Shown one piece after another: positions 18,701-26,084 of a stretch of DNA of 43,690 nucleotides (positions within the stretch are counted from its first letter, which is position 1; each line of letters starts with the position of its first letter). Where the stretch lies: the IMG/VR virus record IMGVR_UViG_3300044670_001838, positions 1-43,690 of that record. One strand, 5' to 3'. The notes under the pieces were generated by a model that had not been told where the DNA came from, ran no database searches, and saw only the letters and a list, made by a program, of their open reading frames with translations. Origin of the DNA: a virus (lineage: Duplodnaviria > Caudoviricetes). Made by a program: the position numbers and the translations under genes.

Positions 18701-21700
18701 GCATTAATTATGGCACTGCGAACGTCGTGCGCTTCCGCATCATCGAGGCGATTGACTCCGACGTGTATCAGTTCATGCCCCAATACCTGACTTAACTCCT
18801 TGGGCGCCAGTGCTCCATGTAGCCAGATGGTGTCTCGACCCGCTGCTCCGAACAATATCTTTTGCGATTTGCCTGCCGGCTTCTTCACAGTGAACCATTC
18901 CACATCTATATGGGCCTTTCCAAGGGCGTCTTGGACCAAAGACTGAAAGCGAGAAAGCGGGGCGGTCCATTCATGCATAGGGATGGCGCCAAGGTGCTGA
19001 GCGAGGGGGAGGTCGAGTTCCCGGCCTTGAGGGGACTCCTCAAGAAACCTGTCTCGGACGATGCTGAACCGGACATCCGTGGTCGCCACCTCCTTGCCAT
19101 TAGCGTAGGCAAGGAGGTATTTTCCATCACCAATGTGCTTGTACACCTGGATGTTATCTGCTGACAGTGCTCTTTGGGGCTTTCCATTGACTGTGGGAAA
19201 ATGAGTACTGCCCTTGCCGTGGCGAAGCCGAGTAGATGGCTGGATCGACTGGTCTGTGCTGACTATCACATAGTTATCGGGATTGTTCGCAGCATACCGC
19301 TCATTAGCGCGACCAGCGCTAAATGATGGCCAGGCAGTGGGTCTATTGGCTAACTGTATCCCTGGCCCCTGGTTCTTTGGCGTGACTGCCCGCACTGTTC
19401 CTGTGTCAACGATGTCTTGGTATGCTGCGTCGCCTCTGACGATCCTGAAATAAGAGTTCTCATCGGCGAGTTCAGCGAGGGTGGTGGTATTGCGAAGGCT
19501 GAACCGGACATCGTGTTCATTGCCCTTGACCGCGAACTGTGCGTCCTCGGGGTCGGCGTATGTCACCTTCTTTGCATAGACAAGGCCGCCAACCTGCACA
19601 ACCTCCTCAGCTGCGACCACGGGTTGCCCTGTGGAGCGATCGTAAAACCATGAATGACGCAGCGGGTTCATGCCAACCTGCACCCAGTCCGGGTCGTTGA
19701 CTGCGTCCTGGATGAGCGCCTTGGCCTCTGAGGGGGTGGCATCCTTGTGGTTGCCGCGCATCCGGGCGAACGTCGACTTCGCCTTTCCCTTCGCGACCTG
19801 CAGTGCCTGCTTGGGGTTGCTCGTGAATTCTACATCAGTGGCCCGGGCAACGCTGCGATACGACCGGGAGTTGCCAGTCTTTGTGGCACCGTCATGGATG
19901 GACACCACCCATGTCCCATGGCGATCATATGCGGGGATATCTAGTCGCAACCCCACTCGAGCGCCAGGAGTGATCGGAGCATTGATCTTCTTGGCTTGGT
20001 TGACTGTAAGCGCCTTGTCCATCTCTGCATCTGATGCCGGCTCAAAGAAATTCGTAATGGGTTCGATGGGGCGCAGGGCATCAACGAGGTCACGGTACTC
20101 TTCGCCGGTGATGACGCCGCTCTCCAAGTCTGCGGCTGCTTCAGCGAGATCAGGGTCACGCGCCACGATTGCGGGATCACCGCGACCAGAGGGATGCTTC
20201 TCCCATGAGATACTGAAGCGGATGTCGCCGTCTTTGGCGTCATCCCGGCCCGCCGAGCGCGAGTCCGACACACGGGGCGCCCTGTCGCTTGAAGTGCCTT
20301 CACGGGGCGTCACAGCGCGCGCTGAAGCCTTCTTCGCAAGCGCCGCACGGATGAAAGCCTTCGCATTCTCCTTCGAGTTGCGCTGGGAATGCTCTGTGGC
20401 GCCCAAGGACTTGGCAAGTGCAACCAATTCCTGGTAGGACATATTTTCAAGATCTCCAATGTCCACGGCAGGCATCTGCTGGTATTCTGGAAAGATCGCT
20501 ATCGCGGCAGACAGTCCCCGCTCCAGCATCGAACCACTGGGGACACCGAAAAGCTCGCGGATGATGTCTACGAAATCGTCCCACAGGCTCTTCCGCTGGC
20601 CAGTACTATCGAGTCCAGCAAGGTCCTTCTGGAAGGCGGGGTTGCTGAATATCTCTGCTACAAACTCCTGAACCTGGGCGTCGATAAACCTTGCATTCTT
20701 GCCGGCAAGCTTGAAGAATCCGTAGGCTTTCTTCTTGTATCCAGGGAGGCGCGAACGTGATGCTCGAGCAATCTTGACAAGCTCTTCGTGGATCTTGCCG
20801 CCACCTAAACGATCACGCTTCAGCAGCATCGAGGTGTAGGCATGCACAATCTCGTGGAGTATCGTATTGACACCAAGAGTGTCGCCGTCCTGCTGGGCGG
20901 AGTTAAATATCTCTACACGCTCATTCTGTCCCGGCCCTGCGTAGTAGTAAGTGCCGAGAGTTCTTTTGCCCCTCTGCCTCTTGGTGAAATAAACCGGGAC
21001 GTCGTTGGGGATTCTGGCGAGGAACTCGGCCAAGACTCGCTGTAACGGCGTAAAAAAATTCTTCTTCAACATCCCCTGCAGTGCTACCTGCGCGGTGTCT
21101 CCATGATTGAAGCCCACTGCAGATGGCGACGGTGCCAGCGCGGAGCGGATTGTCGGGTCGTACCACGTCTTCTGGCCTTGACGTCGCTGCATTTTGTTCA
21201 GGGAGACTCCGGGCAGGGCATGCTTCCCATTCCATTCTCGGATGGTGCCGGCGGCTATCATGATGTCCAGCGCGCGCCGAGTCTTCGGGATGTCCTCGGG
21301 GGCGGATAGGGCATTCGTAGATATCCAGGGAGTGGCGGTAATCTTCTCCACCAACTCTTCTGCGAACGCCACCATCTTGGGGCGCGTCCGAACAAGCGCA
21401 GGGTTCTTCTGCCCCTGGATCCATGCCTCGACTGCGGGGTGGAACTTCTTCACCTCTGGCTTAGGCTTAGGCTTGGGCTTAGGCTTGGGCTTAGGCTTGG
21501 GGACTGGCTTAGCTTTCGGCTTCGGTGCGGGCTTAGCCTTCTCGAATACCACGACCTGGGACGATCCAAAAAGCTCTCGCAGCCGCTTCGCTCCACGCAC
21601 GCCTCGGGATTCGTCGCCGTCCACGTACTGCATCACGTTAACGATGACGCCATCGTGACCGAGAGCAATGAGCTTGTTGCGGATGACGTCCATGAACGCA

Positions 21701-24372
21701 ACCCTGTCCTTGTTGTCCGCGGGGATAAGGCGCCCCCCTAGCTCTTTAAGGGATCTGCTATCCTCAAGGACGTAGGGATTATTGAGGGTGACGGTCGACT
21801 TTTTTACGTTGGGGCCAAAGGCGGAAGCCTCTGATTCGCTTATTGCATAATACCGGCCAGCGCCAAAAATAGGACCATCTGCACCCTCTCCGTAAACTTC
21901 TCCCTTGTCCTTGCGCCCACTTCCGTGGTACACCTCAAGAGTGGTGGTCTCGCCGCTTTTGACATTGGCCCAGATGTCTGGTGCCTTTGCGCTTCCGTCG
22001 CTGGCCACTGCGGCGGGGGCGGCGGGTTTCGGTTTCGGCTTCGGCTTCGGGACGGGGGCGGGCTCATCGATCGGGGGAACTGCAGGCTTGGGCTCAGGCT
22101 CAGGCTTGGGACTGGGCGCCGGTGCCGGTGCCGGTGCCGGTGCAGGGGTGTCGGGTTCAGGCTCTGCTTCCGGTTCTATTGGAGGAACGGCGCCCTTTGA
22201 CTTCTTTTTCTTTTTCTTCTTCTTGGGCTTCTTGGGCTTCGGCGTCGGCTCTTCCTCTGCAGGCTTCTCCGGCTCAGGGACTGGCTCTGCTTCCGGTTCG
22301 GGATCGCTTTCAATGTCGGGCACGGCCTTGTCGGGCTTGGCTTCAGCCTCCGCCTTGGCCTTAGCGCGGGTTGCTTTCTGTGCCTCGATGAGGCGGTCGC
22401 CGTGGAACTTCTTGCCCTTCTCCAGCATGACGCGCATGTCTTGAGTGGTCCATTCAACCGCAAACCCTTTATCCCTGAGCCACTCCCGGATGCCAGAGAT
22501 TAACCGCTCCCACCACACCGGAGCCAGGTCCGGGTTGACAGTGATGCGCTCAGCCATGAACGCCAAGTACTCATCAGCGATCATCTCCTGCTGCTCCGGC
22601 GTCTTCGCCTCCTTATCCTTGGGGAGGTAGACGTCGATAATGTCCTGCATCTCTTCGATCGGGACGTTCTTGAAGATTTCCGCCATGACCTTGCCGAACT
22701 TATCACCCAAGACACCGCGCAACCCGCTGTGGGCATACGCCTCGTGCGCAGTCTTGCGACCGGCATGTGCATCGTCCTTGATCATGCCATTGACCAGATA
22801 CATCTTGCCATCGTAATAAAGGCCATCAATTGTCGCGGGGTCAACGCCACGCTTCTTGGCGAGGTCGAGTGCTGCCGGCGGCAAGTCCTGCCAGCTGTCA
22901 ACAACGTCGATCAGTTCATTGGCGTGGACGTGGGCGTCATACGGCTCCTGCCCTGCGTCGGGGGCAGCGTCTCCGTCAATGGAGAATGCCACATCCGGCA
23001 GTGCGTCAATAGCCGCCATGCCCTCGTCTGCCTTGAGCTCGCCGCTGGTAACGCGAGACAAGATGTCCCGAACTGCCGCGGGGTCCTTCTTCGCTGTCGG
23101 CGTGGCAGCAGTCTCCGGGGAAGAGGGGATCGGGTCGACCGCCCCCTTCCCTGGAGGAGTTTCTAGCAGGTCGCCTTCGGGACCGACTTCTTGCTGCTGC
23201 ACCCCTTCTTGCCGCCCACCGTCTGGGCTTTGGATGTCTTGGCGAACGGCGCCGGAGCCCCGTGGTTGCTGCTCTGCTTCTTGGAACCTTTCATTGGGTT
23301 CTCCTTCTTGTTGTGGCGCTACTGCACCGGGTTCTGGTGAAATTGTTTCGTCAACTACAGGCGTCACATCTTGGCGTTGCGTCTGAATGGCGTCCCCAAG
23401 GGCTCCCAGGGCTCCACCAGCCGATGCGCCACCACCGCCCATGCCGACGCCGCCGATAACGCCAGCCGCGGCTGCGTTGAGTAATCGCGACTTGACGTTT
23501 CCTGGGTCTTTCCCCACGGCCAGGGTGGACCCAATGACGATGCCCTCTTGCCCTGTTTCAGTAATGCCTTCCTGTGTTCCGATATTTAGCGCACCGCGCG
23601 CAATATACTTGGCGTTGTTCTTTAATCCCCTGCCTGCGAATTCCCTGGCAGCCCTAAAACCAAGCTTGGCCGCGGCTATCGTAGGGGCGGTCTCCATGAA
23701 TGCATAAGGGACTGCGGCACCAAAGGATAGCGCGGGGTTTCCGGTCGCCTTGTAGAGCTCACCGGCTCCTAGCTCATAGCCGGCACCATATCCGCCGGCC
23801 ATAGCCCCACGAGCCGCATACTTCTGAGAGGTCGCCTTGATGGTAGCCATGGCCACATCATCGGTCAGGCTCTTGATGGCATCCTTGCCGCCCCTGGCAA
23901 TCAGATCCTTGATGCGAGACTTGGCAATCGACTTGCCTGCCAGTCCAACAACCCCGCCCCCAGCTGCGGCTGCAATGACGGTCTCAAGCATCGTGGGGGT
24001 GAGGTTGCCCAGGGTAAAGGCGACATAATCAGTGAAATTGCCTTCCTCGGATGTAAGCTTCTCAAGGGATGTCGTATGGTCCAGGGACTGCATGGTCGCT
24101 TCGTGATCATGCTCCCGGGACTTCTTCAACCCCCAGAGCTTCAACGAATCGACACCTACGGCATCGCCCACCAGGGCGTTGAATCCGTAGTACAGAGACT
24201 TCACGTTCGACCAACCCGACGACACGCCAGCGCCGAATGCACCCTGCTGACCCCTTGCCGCAGCGGTGGGCAGCGCCTGTGCAGCGGTGGCATAAGCCTG
24301 CCACTGAGCCTGCTGAGGGGACAGCGTAGGGTCAGATAGCGTGGGATCAAGCTTGGTGGGGGTATAGGGCAT
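12733..24372 (-). CDS. Giant (3879 aa) polyvalent internal virion/ejection protein: zincin-like peptidase, ADP-ribosyltransferase-like and glycosylase-like modules, C-terminal LPD38-like domain
   Basis: Gly/Ala-rich N-terminus; HEAYAH, HEIVH and HELIH motifs; two VYHG[ST] ART-like domains; C-terminal PFFNARLQG...WEKDSYHHI...RLPRPFELG...NKDSFTGRAI...SPVQVDHLI typical of LPD38; follows the other ejection genes. Confidence 0.85.
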   Translation of the reverse strand: MPYTPTKLDPTLSDPTLSPQQAQWQAYATAAQALPTAAARGQQGAFGAGVSSGWSNVKSLYYGFNALVGDAVGVDSLKLWGLKKSREHDHEATMQSLDHTTSLEKLTSEEGNFTDYVAFTLGNLTPTMLETVIAAAAGGGVVGLAGKSIAKSRIKDLIARGGKDAIKSLTDDVAMATIKATSQKYAARGAMAGGYGAGYELGAGELYKATGNPALSFGAAVPYAFMETAPTIAAAKLGFRAAREFAGRGLKNNAKYIARGALNIGTQEGITETGQEGIVIGSTLAVGKDPGNVKSRLLNAAAAGVIGGVGMGGGGASAGGALGALGDAIQTQRQDVTPVVDETISPEPGAVAPQQEGEPNERFQEAEQQPRGSGAVRQDIQSPDGGRQEGVQQQEVGPEGDLLETPPGKGAVDPIPSSPETAATPTAKKDPAAVRDILSRVTSGELKADEGMAAIDALPDVAFSIDGDAAPDAGQEPYDAHVHANELIDVVDSWQDLPPAALDLAKKRGVDPATIDGLYYDGKMYLVNGMIKDDAHAGRKTAHEAYAHSGLRGVLGDKFGKVMAEIFKNVPIEEMQDIIDVYLPKDKEAKTPEQQEMIADEYLAFMAERITVNPDLAPVWWERLISGIREWLRDKGFAVEWTTQDMRVMLEKGKKFHGDRLIEAQKATRAKAKAEAEAKPDKAVPDIESDPEPEAEPVPEPEKPAEEEPTPKPKKPKKKKKKKKSKGAVPPIEPEAEPEPDTPAPAPAPAPAPSPKPEPEPKPAVPPIDEPAPVPKPKPKPKPAAPAAVASDGSAKAPDIWANVKSGETTTLEVYHGSGRKDKGEVYGEGADGPIFGAGRYYAISESEASAFGPNVKKSTVTLNNPYVLEDSRSLKELGGRLIPADNKDRVAFMDVIRNKLIALGHDGVIVNVMQYVDGDESRGVRGAKRLRELFGSSQVVVFEKAKPAPKPKAKPVPKPKPKPKPKPKPKPEVKKFHPAVEAWIQGQKNPALVRTRPKMVAFAEELVEKITATPWISTNALSAPEDIPKTRRALDIMIAAGTIREWNGKHALPGVSLNKMQRRQGQKTWYDPTIRSALAPSPSAVGFNHGDTAQVALQGMLKKNFFTPLQRVLAEFLARIPNDVPVYFTKRQRGKRTLGTYYYAGPGQNERVEIFNSAQQDGDTLGVNTILHEIVHAYTSMLLKRDRLGGGKIHEELVKIARASRSRLPGYKKKAYGFFKLAGKNARFIDAQVQEFVAEIFSNPAFQKDLAGLDSTGQRKSLWDDFVDIIRELFGVPSGSMLERGLSAAIAIFPEYQQMPAVDIGDLENMSYQELVALAKSLGATEHSQRNSKENAKAFIRAALAKKASARAVTPREGTSSDRAPRVSDSRSAGRDDAKDGDIRFSISWEKHPSGRGDPAIVARDPDLAEAAADLESGVITGEEYRDLVDALRPIEPITNFFEPASDAEMDKALTVNQAKKINAPITPGARVGLRLDIPAYDRHGTWVVSIHDGATKTGNSRSYRSVARATDVEFTSNPKQALQVAKGKAKSTFARMRGNHKDATPSEAKALIQDAVNDPDWVQVGMNPLRHSWFYDRSTGQPVVAAEEVVQVGGLVYAKKVTYADPEDAQFAVKGNEHDVRFSLRNTTTLAELADENSYFRIVRGDAAYQDIVDTGTVRAVTPKNQGPGIQLANRPTAWPSFSAGRANERYAANNPDNYVIVSTDQSIQPSTRLRHGKGSTHFPTVNGKPQRALSADNIQVYKHIGDGKYLLAYANGKEVATTDVRFSIVRDRFLEESPQGRELDLPLAQHLGAIPMHEWTAPLSRFQSLVQDALGKAHIDVEWFTVKKPAGKSQKILFGAAGRDTIWLHGALAPKELSQVLGHELIHVGVNRLDDAEAHDVRSAIINAFRDGYRRHESTEVLDSIKKRWGLNDWFDYQRDIMYEEGLAEANAFRASVDESWISEIAGSSPGVLSKLAQFIRDAVSEIANVFKLANRPPPQQLTALAKKIQEAALDPSRSRRARDAAQKAETRRRVVREADRMVRLENWESRSTRKYEFHTDDGTYLITGKKGKYTLIDPDYDAVGDYSSALDAANAAAKDHRLFYQGVDGDGKLNDALDEKDAPDIRFSIQDAVKDSEWFKGSEVVDKNGNPQKVYHGTDGGSDITEFDGLTKWWTPKKEFAKEYADHREWHNSQGKGTTDVYEAYLSAKSLLRLHRPGLERTARGFALEVMNGAFSDGLITQPLDSQFIARAKDTINNVLDDTEKLPLWKHWDTNAELIDFFKELGYDGIATKEGGTPTYGVFEPWQIKSAAPVTRDKSGNAIPMRDRFDPNKNNISFSIRKSPEISRGFAELADKGKKVSSEITFFESLARMMRRQGKGLTQDAKDINKAAATAVQEIQEFVAENPQYLDYYHKDWAISRDLLGEALGTPVTDEQFSTFRLFSGLFSSNTMLSANINEAYNTFMAVQENGPEGIFSMGPSAKGNAIIEHTPFPISNSTGPNKARAAEAFLSVARREGGLQQAVDWFLEEVTWKQLKADKMGIDMALPYKGMEGRGSIEAVVASAKGIPVSQLTTIPRAMMFGQKVGAYTLNSLGNDRYTTTDVWESRFIRPRFEGMMKTFGLPKNSAENDLFQNFATEFKKEWDLETGLDISPAALQAVRWFWIINESKKAGYSGATTNDTISGYLARAIKRRDNIRFSIDTPFNDGSSQKSGGSSNAKRGQSSQGKGTSAQEDVSIVSPFDGLSDSDQKTVDAFTAKIKKLSADIDGEYISAEEQGRPVSSVVDAWHAELDKAMSDLEDFVSEAQLGDPDSDLEETGDSEVDEFGGGLNHPGGWSLQRNMARVWGHWLDERKERGRATKADLFFNQTDDGAALATDTEIADWLYSVARESGYEGTVGGFDFKARSELADDQIIDAFKDAYNRETHLRMRGKATRLQDVDNIRFSIGDPSNTGFEKKIGRQAVATDPLKVRLKRWIGNNFAQGVFDRYYSLRKMGKALGGDLQGKLISWKKAHMSNAGSNAVLGIFQFGDIRLTSKGIITVDKTNDGLEAYFRKHLSGKEFQNFWYWMTGMRAGDLLLEDREKTFTLAEIEEMQSLNEGTMKDGRSRKLVYAQAAARVDRARRAALKVAISAGVVSPQNMKQWDRDFYVPFFRLAEDGKKDHYLIGGNEINQIVNQGGIRRLIGSGKPIGDPFENYVQNLSHLVSASLRNMAAKQALEDAERLGIAKRLDRKALNERMTYSPDSGRMKFDPKENHVWHLENAPVMVKKQEPVMRKDGKPKMKKRKPVMRNVKDENGDQVYVEKLDKKGNVVIGNQKVWYEIDTTLKDRNGVEIDGALVLESLTNLEYDQGFKNPVIKAATKFKRMLTMGVTANPAFQVRNLLRDSIHAAAVADTHRNPLVNLKRGLKASREGSLLAARLAVSGGTFEFGNNFSGEIRSGADRLAKHIHASGIDISSAEGREKLAAVAHQVSEKISGLTGTYGHMMNKAENVNRMGAAANILSRHPDLSVDEAWEQAGDQATWESMDLLNFGGMGSWQGARLLGQIMPFFNARLQGMYKLYRSGSDPVQREQFKRVLGTYVGVATFLWFLNHDEDEYKELENWEKDSYHHIFLGGHHFRLPRPFELGSFATIAERGADAFLGETTTEELASSMYKIFSEQLNLVSWPQVIAPMVEVYANKDSFTGRAIEGMSMSRLMPMDRAAPNTPAPSKALAWLSQKASAIPFVPAASPVQVDHLINAYSGWLGAQVNGTVDKAWRFVSGQDVFPQTLRARDVYGLEALYRGTDAPSHTKYLTEFYNVHDEVSEIFASQQHYLRLGNYDRAYRIAQENKDKLAMRRALSKAQTTLRDINRQIKRIDANPNLNPTQRREKINAMNQMKADFSRQTSIQTLRKEK
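15580..22998 (-). repeat. Eight dispersed copies of a [DN]-[IV]-[RSA]-F-S-[IL] junction motif in the giant ORF
   Basis: PDVAFSI 22978-22998; GDIRFSI 20209-20229; HDVRFSL 19495-19515; TDVRFSI 19060-19080; PDIRFSI 18034-18054; NNISFSI 17401-17421; DNIRFSI 16318-16338; DNIRFSI 15580-15600. Confidence 0.9.
21458..21499 (-). repeat. Hexamer tandem repeat encoding a (PK)n linker
   Basis: Seven copies of GGCTT[A/G] on the + strand; a similar (GCCGGT)n array at 22118-22143 encodes (PA)n. Confidence 0.85.
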
Positions 24373-26066
24373 CAGTCGATAGAGGCAGGCGTTATGTTGG
24401 GAATATTGAGCATCTCTATGGATCGCATGAGTTCTGCCCGAGTCCGGAACTTATCTTCGTCAGACTTGCTTGGCGACCCGTAGTCCTCGGGAGGCGCCCC
24501 GGGGACAACTGAACCTCCGCGCCCCGCCGTTCCCGCCATGAATCCGGGAAGCGCGCTGTCGGAAGAATAATTGGTTCCGCGATAAATCTTCGTGGTGAGC
24601 CAGGATTCTATCGCTGACAAAGTTTCCGATGGAAGTCCTGCTGCGTGCAGGGCGGCCTTGGCCGTTGCCAGGGCTCTGGCGGGATCTTTCTTGAACAGGG
24701 CGTCCAAGTCTGCAATGTTCTTGACGCGCGACTCTTTGGCGGCCTTCTCTTTGGCGGCCTTCTCTTTGCGCTCTACCTCTTTGGCGGCAGCAGCGGCGGC
24801 GACCTTTTTACTGGTGCCCTCGATGTCAAGTTCACCGTCAATCACGACTGGAACGGCGGCCTTGGCTTCTTCGTCGGCGGTCTTCTTCTTCTCCGCCTCG
24901 CTGGGATCGAGCCCCAGGTCTAGCGGTTGCCCCTCGAATGCCGCTCTCCCGTTCTTGTTCATTACATTGGCGATCTTCTTCGCCACCTCGGTCGCAGCCA
25001 TGTTTGAGACAAACGCCGCCTGCCCCTTGCCCCTCGGCGCACCAGACATGGCCTCAGGAGAGGCCAGGATGGCAGTCTCTGTCTCCTTGAACATTGTTCT
25101 TATGCGTTCTGCGTCAAAGGAATCGTAGGTTTTCTTCAGCGCCCCAGCATACACGCCCATGAGGTTGACGTCGGGGTATTCGTCGATAAGCTCAGCATTG
25201 AAGATGTTGATCCCCGCATTGGCCAACATGGGGGCGCCCATGCTGACCGCAGAATCAAGGATGCTAAGCATTTTGCCGCCCTCATCATCTCCGAAATTCG
25301 GGGGCGGCGCGCTGGGCGTGCCGGGTTCGCCACCACGGCCAACGGCGCCCTCTAGCCCTTTTACCATGTTCTTATATATGGTAGACCCGCTTGCCTCGCC
25401 CAGGTTAATCTTTGTTCGAGCCGCACCGCCCTTTCGGTTATCGTACAGCAGCTTCCCCGTTGCGTCGAGCGCTACGGCTCCGGAGGGCACGTTATGGGGG
25501 GCAACGGGCTTCTTCGGGTAGTAGTGTTCGACAGTGGCGTCAACATCGTCCTCATGGTAGCGGAATTGTTCGCCATTAGCGAAGGTCCCAACCAAGCTGC
25601 GGCCAAGGCTCTCGGGCTTCATTGCACCCTCGTAGTTCAGGCCCTCATCTTCCCACTCCAGCGCAGTGATTTGCTGATCTTCAGGGGCAAACATATTCCA
25701 CGTCTGCATGGCCATGTGCGGATTGTGCTTGGCTATCGAAAGGGCAAGAGGGCCGCCCCGGGTTATAAATTCTTGTCCGGCAGCGCGGGCCTTCTCGTCC
25801 TTCTCCATATCAAAGGCTTGCTGCCACTGGTCGGATTGACGCCCATAGTTCTCGGCGCGCTGCTTGAAGTCTGCGCGCCAGTTCTCTTGGCGCAATCCGG
25901 CTTGCTCCTGACGGAAGGCATTGCTCGTATCGGCCTGCTCTTGGCGGAAGGCGTGCTCCTGCTCGTAGCGGCGCGTGTTCTCGACGCGATCGTTCCGGCG
26001 CTCTACGGCGCCCGCGAGGCTGTCGATGCCGGAGATTATTCCTTGTGCTGGGCTCACATAGGCCAT
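24372..26066 (-). CDS. Internal virion (DNA ejection) protein
   Basis: MAYVSPAQGIISGIDSLAG start, Gln/Arg/Glu-rich coiled coil, position between small and giant ejection genes; GGAGG RBS. Confidence 0.65.
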   Translation of the reverse strand: MAYVSPAQGIISGIDSLAGAVERRNDRVENTRRYEQEHAFRQEQADTSNAFRQEQAGLRQENWRADFKQRAENYGRQSDQWQQAFDMEKDEKARAAGQEFITRGGPLALSIAKHNPHMAMQTWNMFAPEDQQITALEWEDEGLNYEGAMKPESLGRSLVGTFANGEQFRYHEDDVDATVEHYYPKKPVAPHNVPSGAVALDATGKLLYDNRKGGAARTKINLGEASGSTIYKNMVKGLEGAVGRGGEPGTPSAPPPNFGDDEGGKMLSILDSAVSMGAPMLANAGINIFNAELIDEYPDVNLMGVYAGALKKTYDSFDAERIRTMFKETETAILASPEAMSGAPRGKGQAAFVSNMAATEVAKKIANVMNKNGRAAFEGQPLDLGLDPSEAEKKKTADEEAKAAVPVVIDGELDIEGTSKKVAAAAAAKEVERKEKAAKEKAAKESRVKNIADLDALFKKDPARALATAKAALHAAGLPSETLSAIESWLTTKIYRGTNYSSDSALPGFMAGTAGRGGSVVPGAPPEDYGSPSKSDEDKFRTRAELMRSIEMLNIPNITPASID

Positions 26067-26084
26067 TCTAGTATCCTCCGCTCA

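Noticed and set aside
22197-22245. Poly-Lys stretch as a eukaryotic nuclear localisation signal
   Set aside because: Everything else indicates a bacterial host; it lies in a low-complexity linker.
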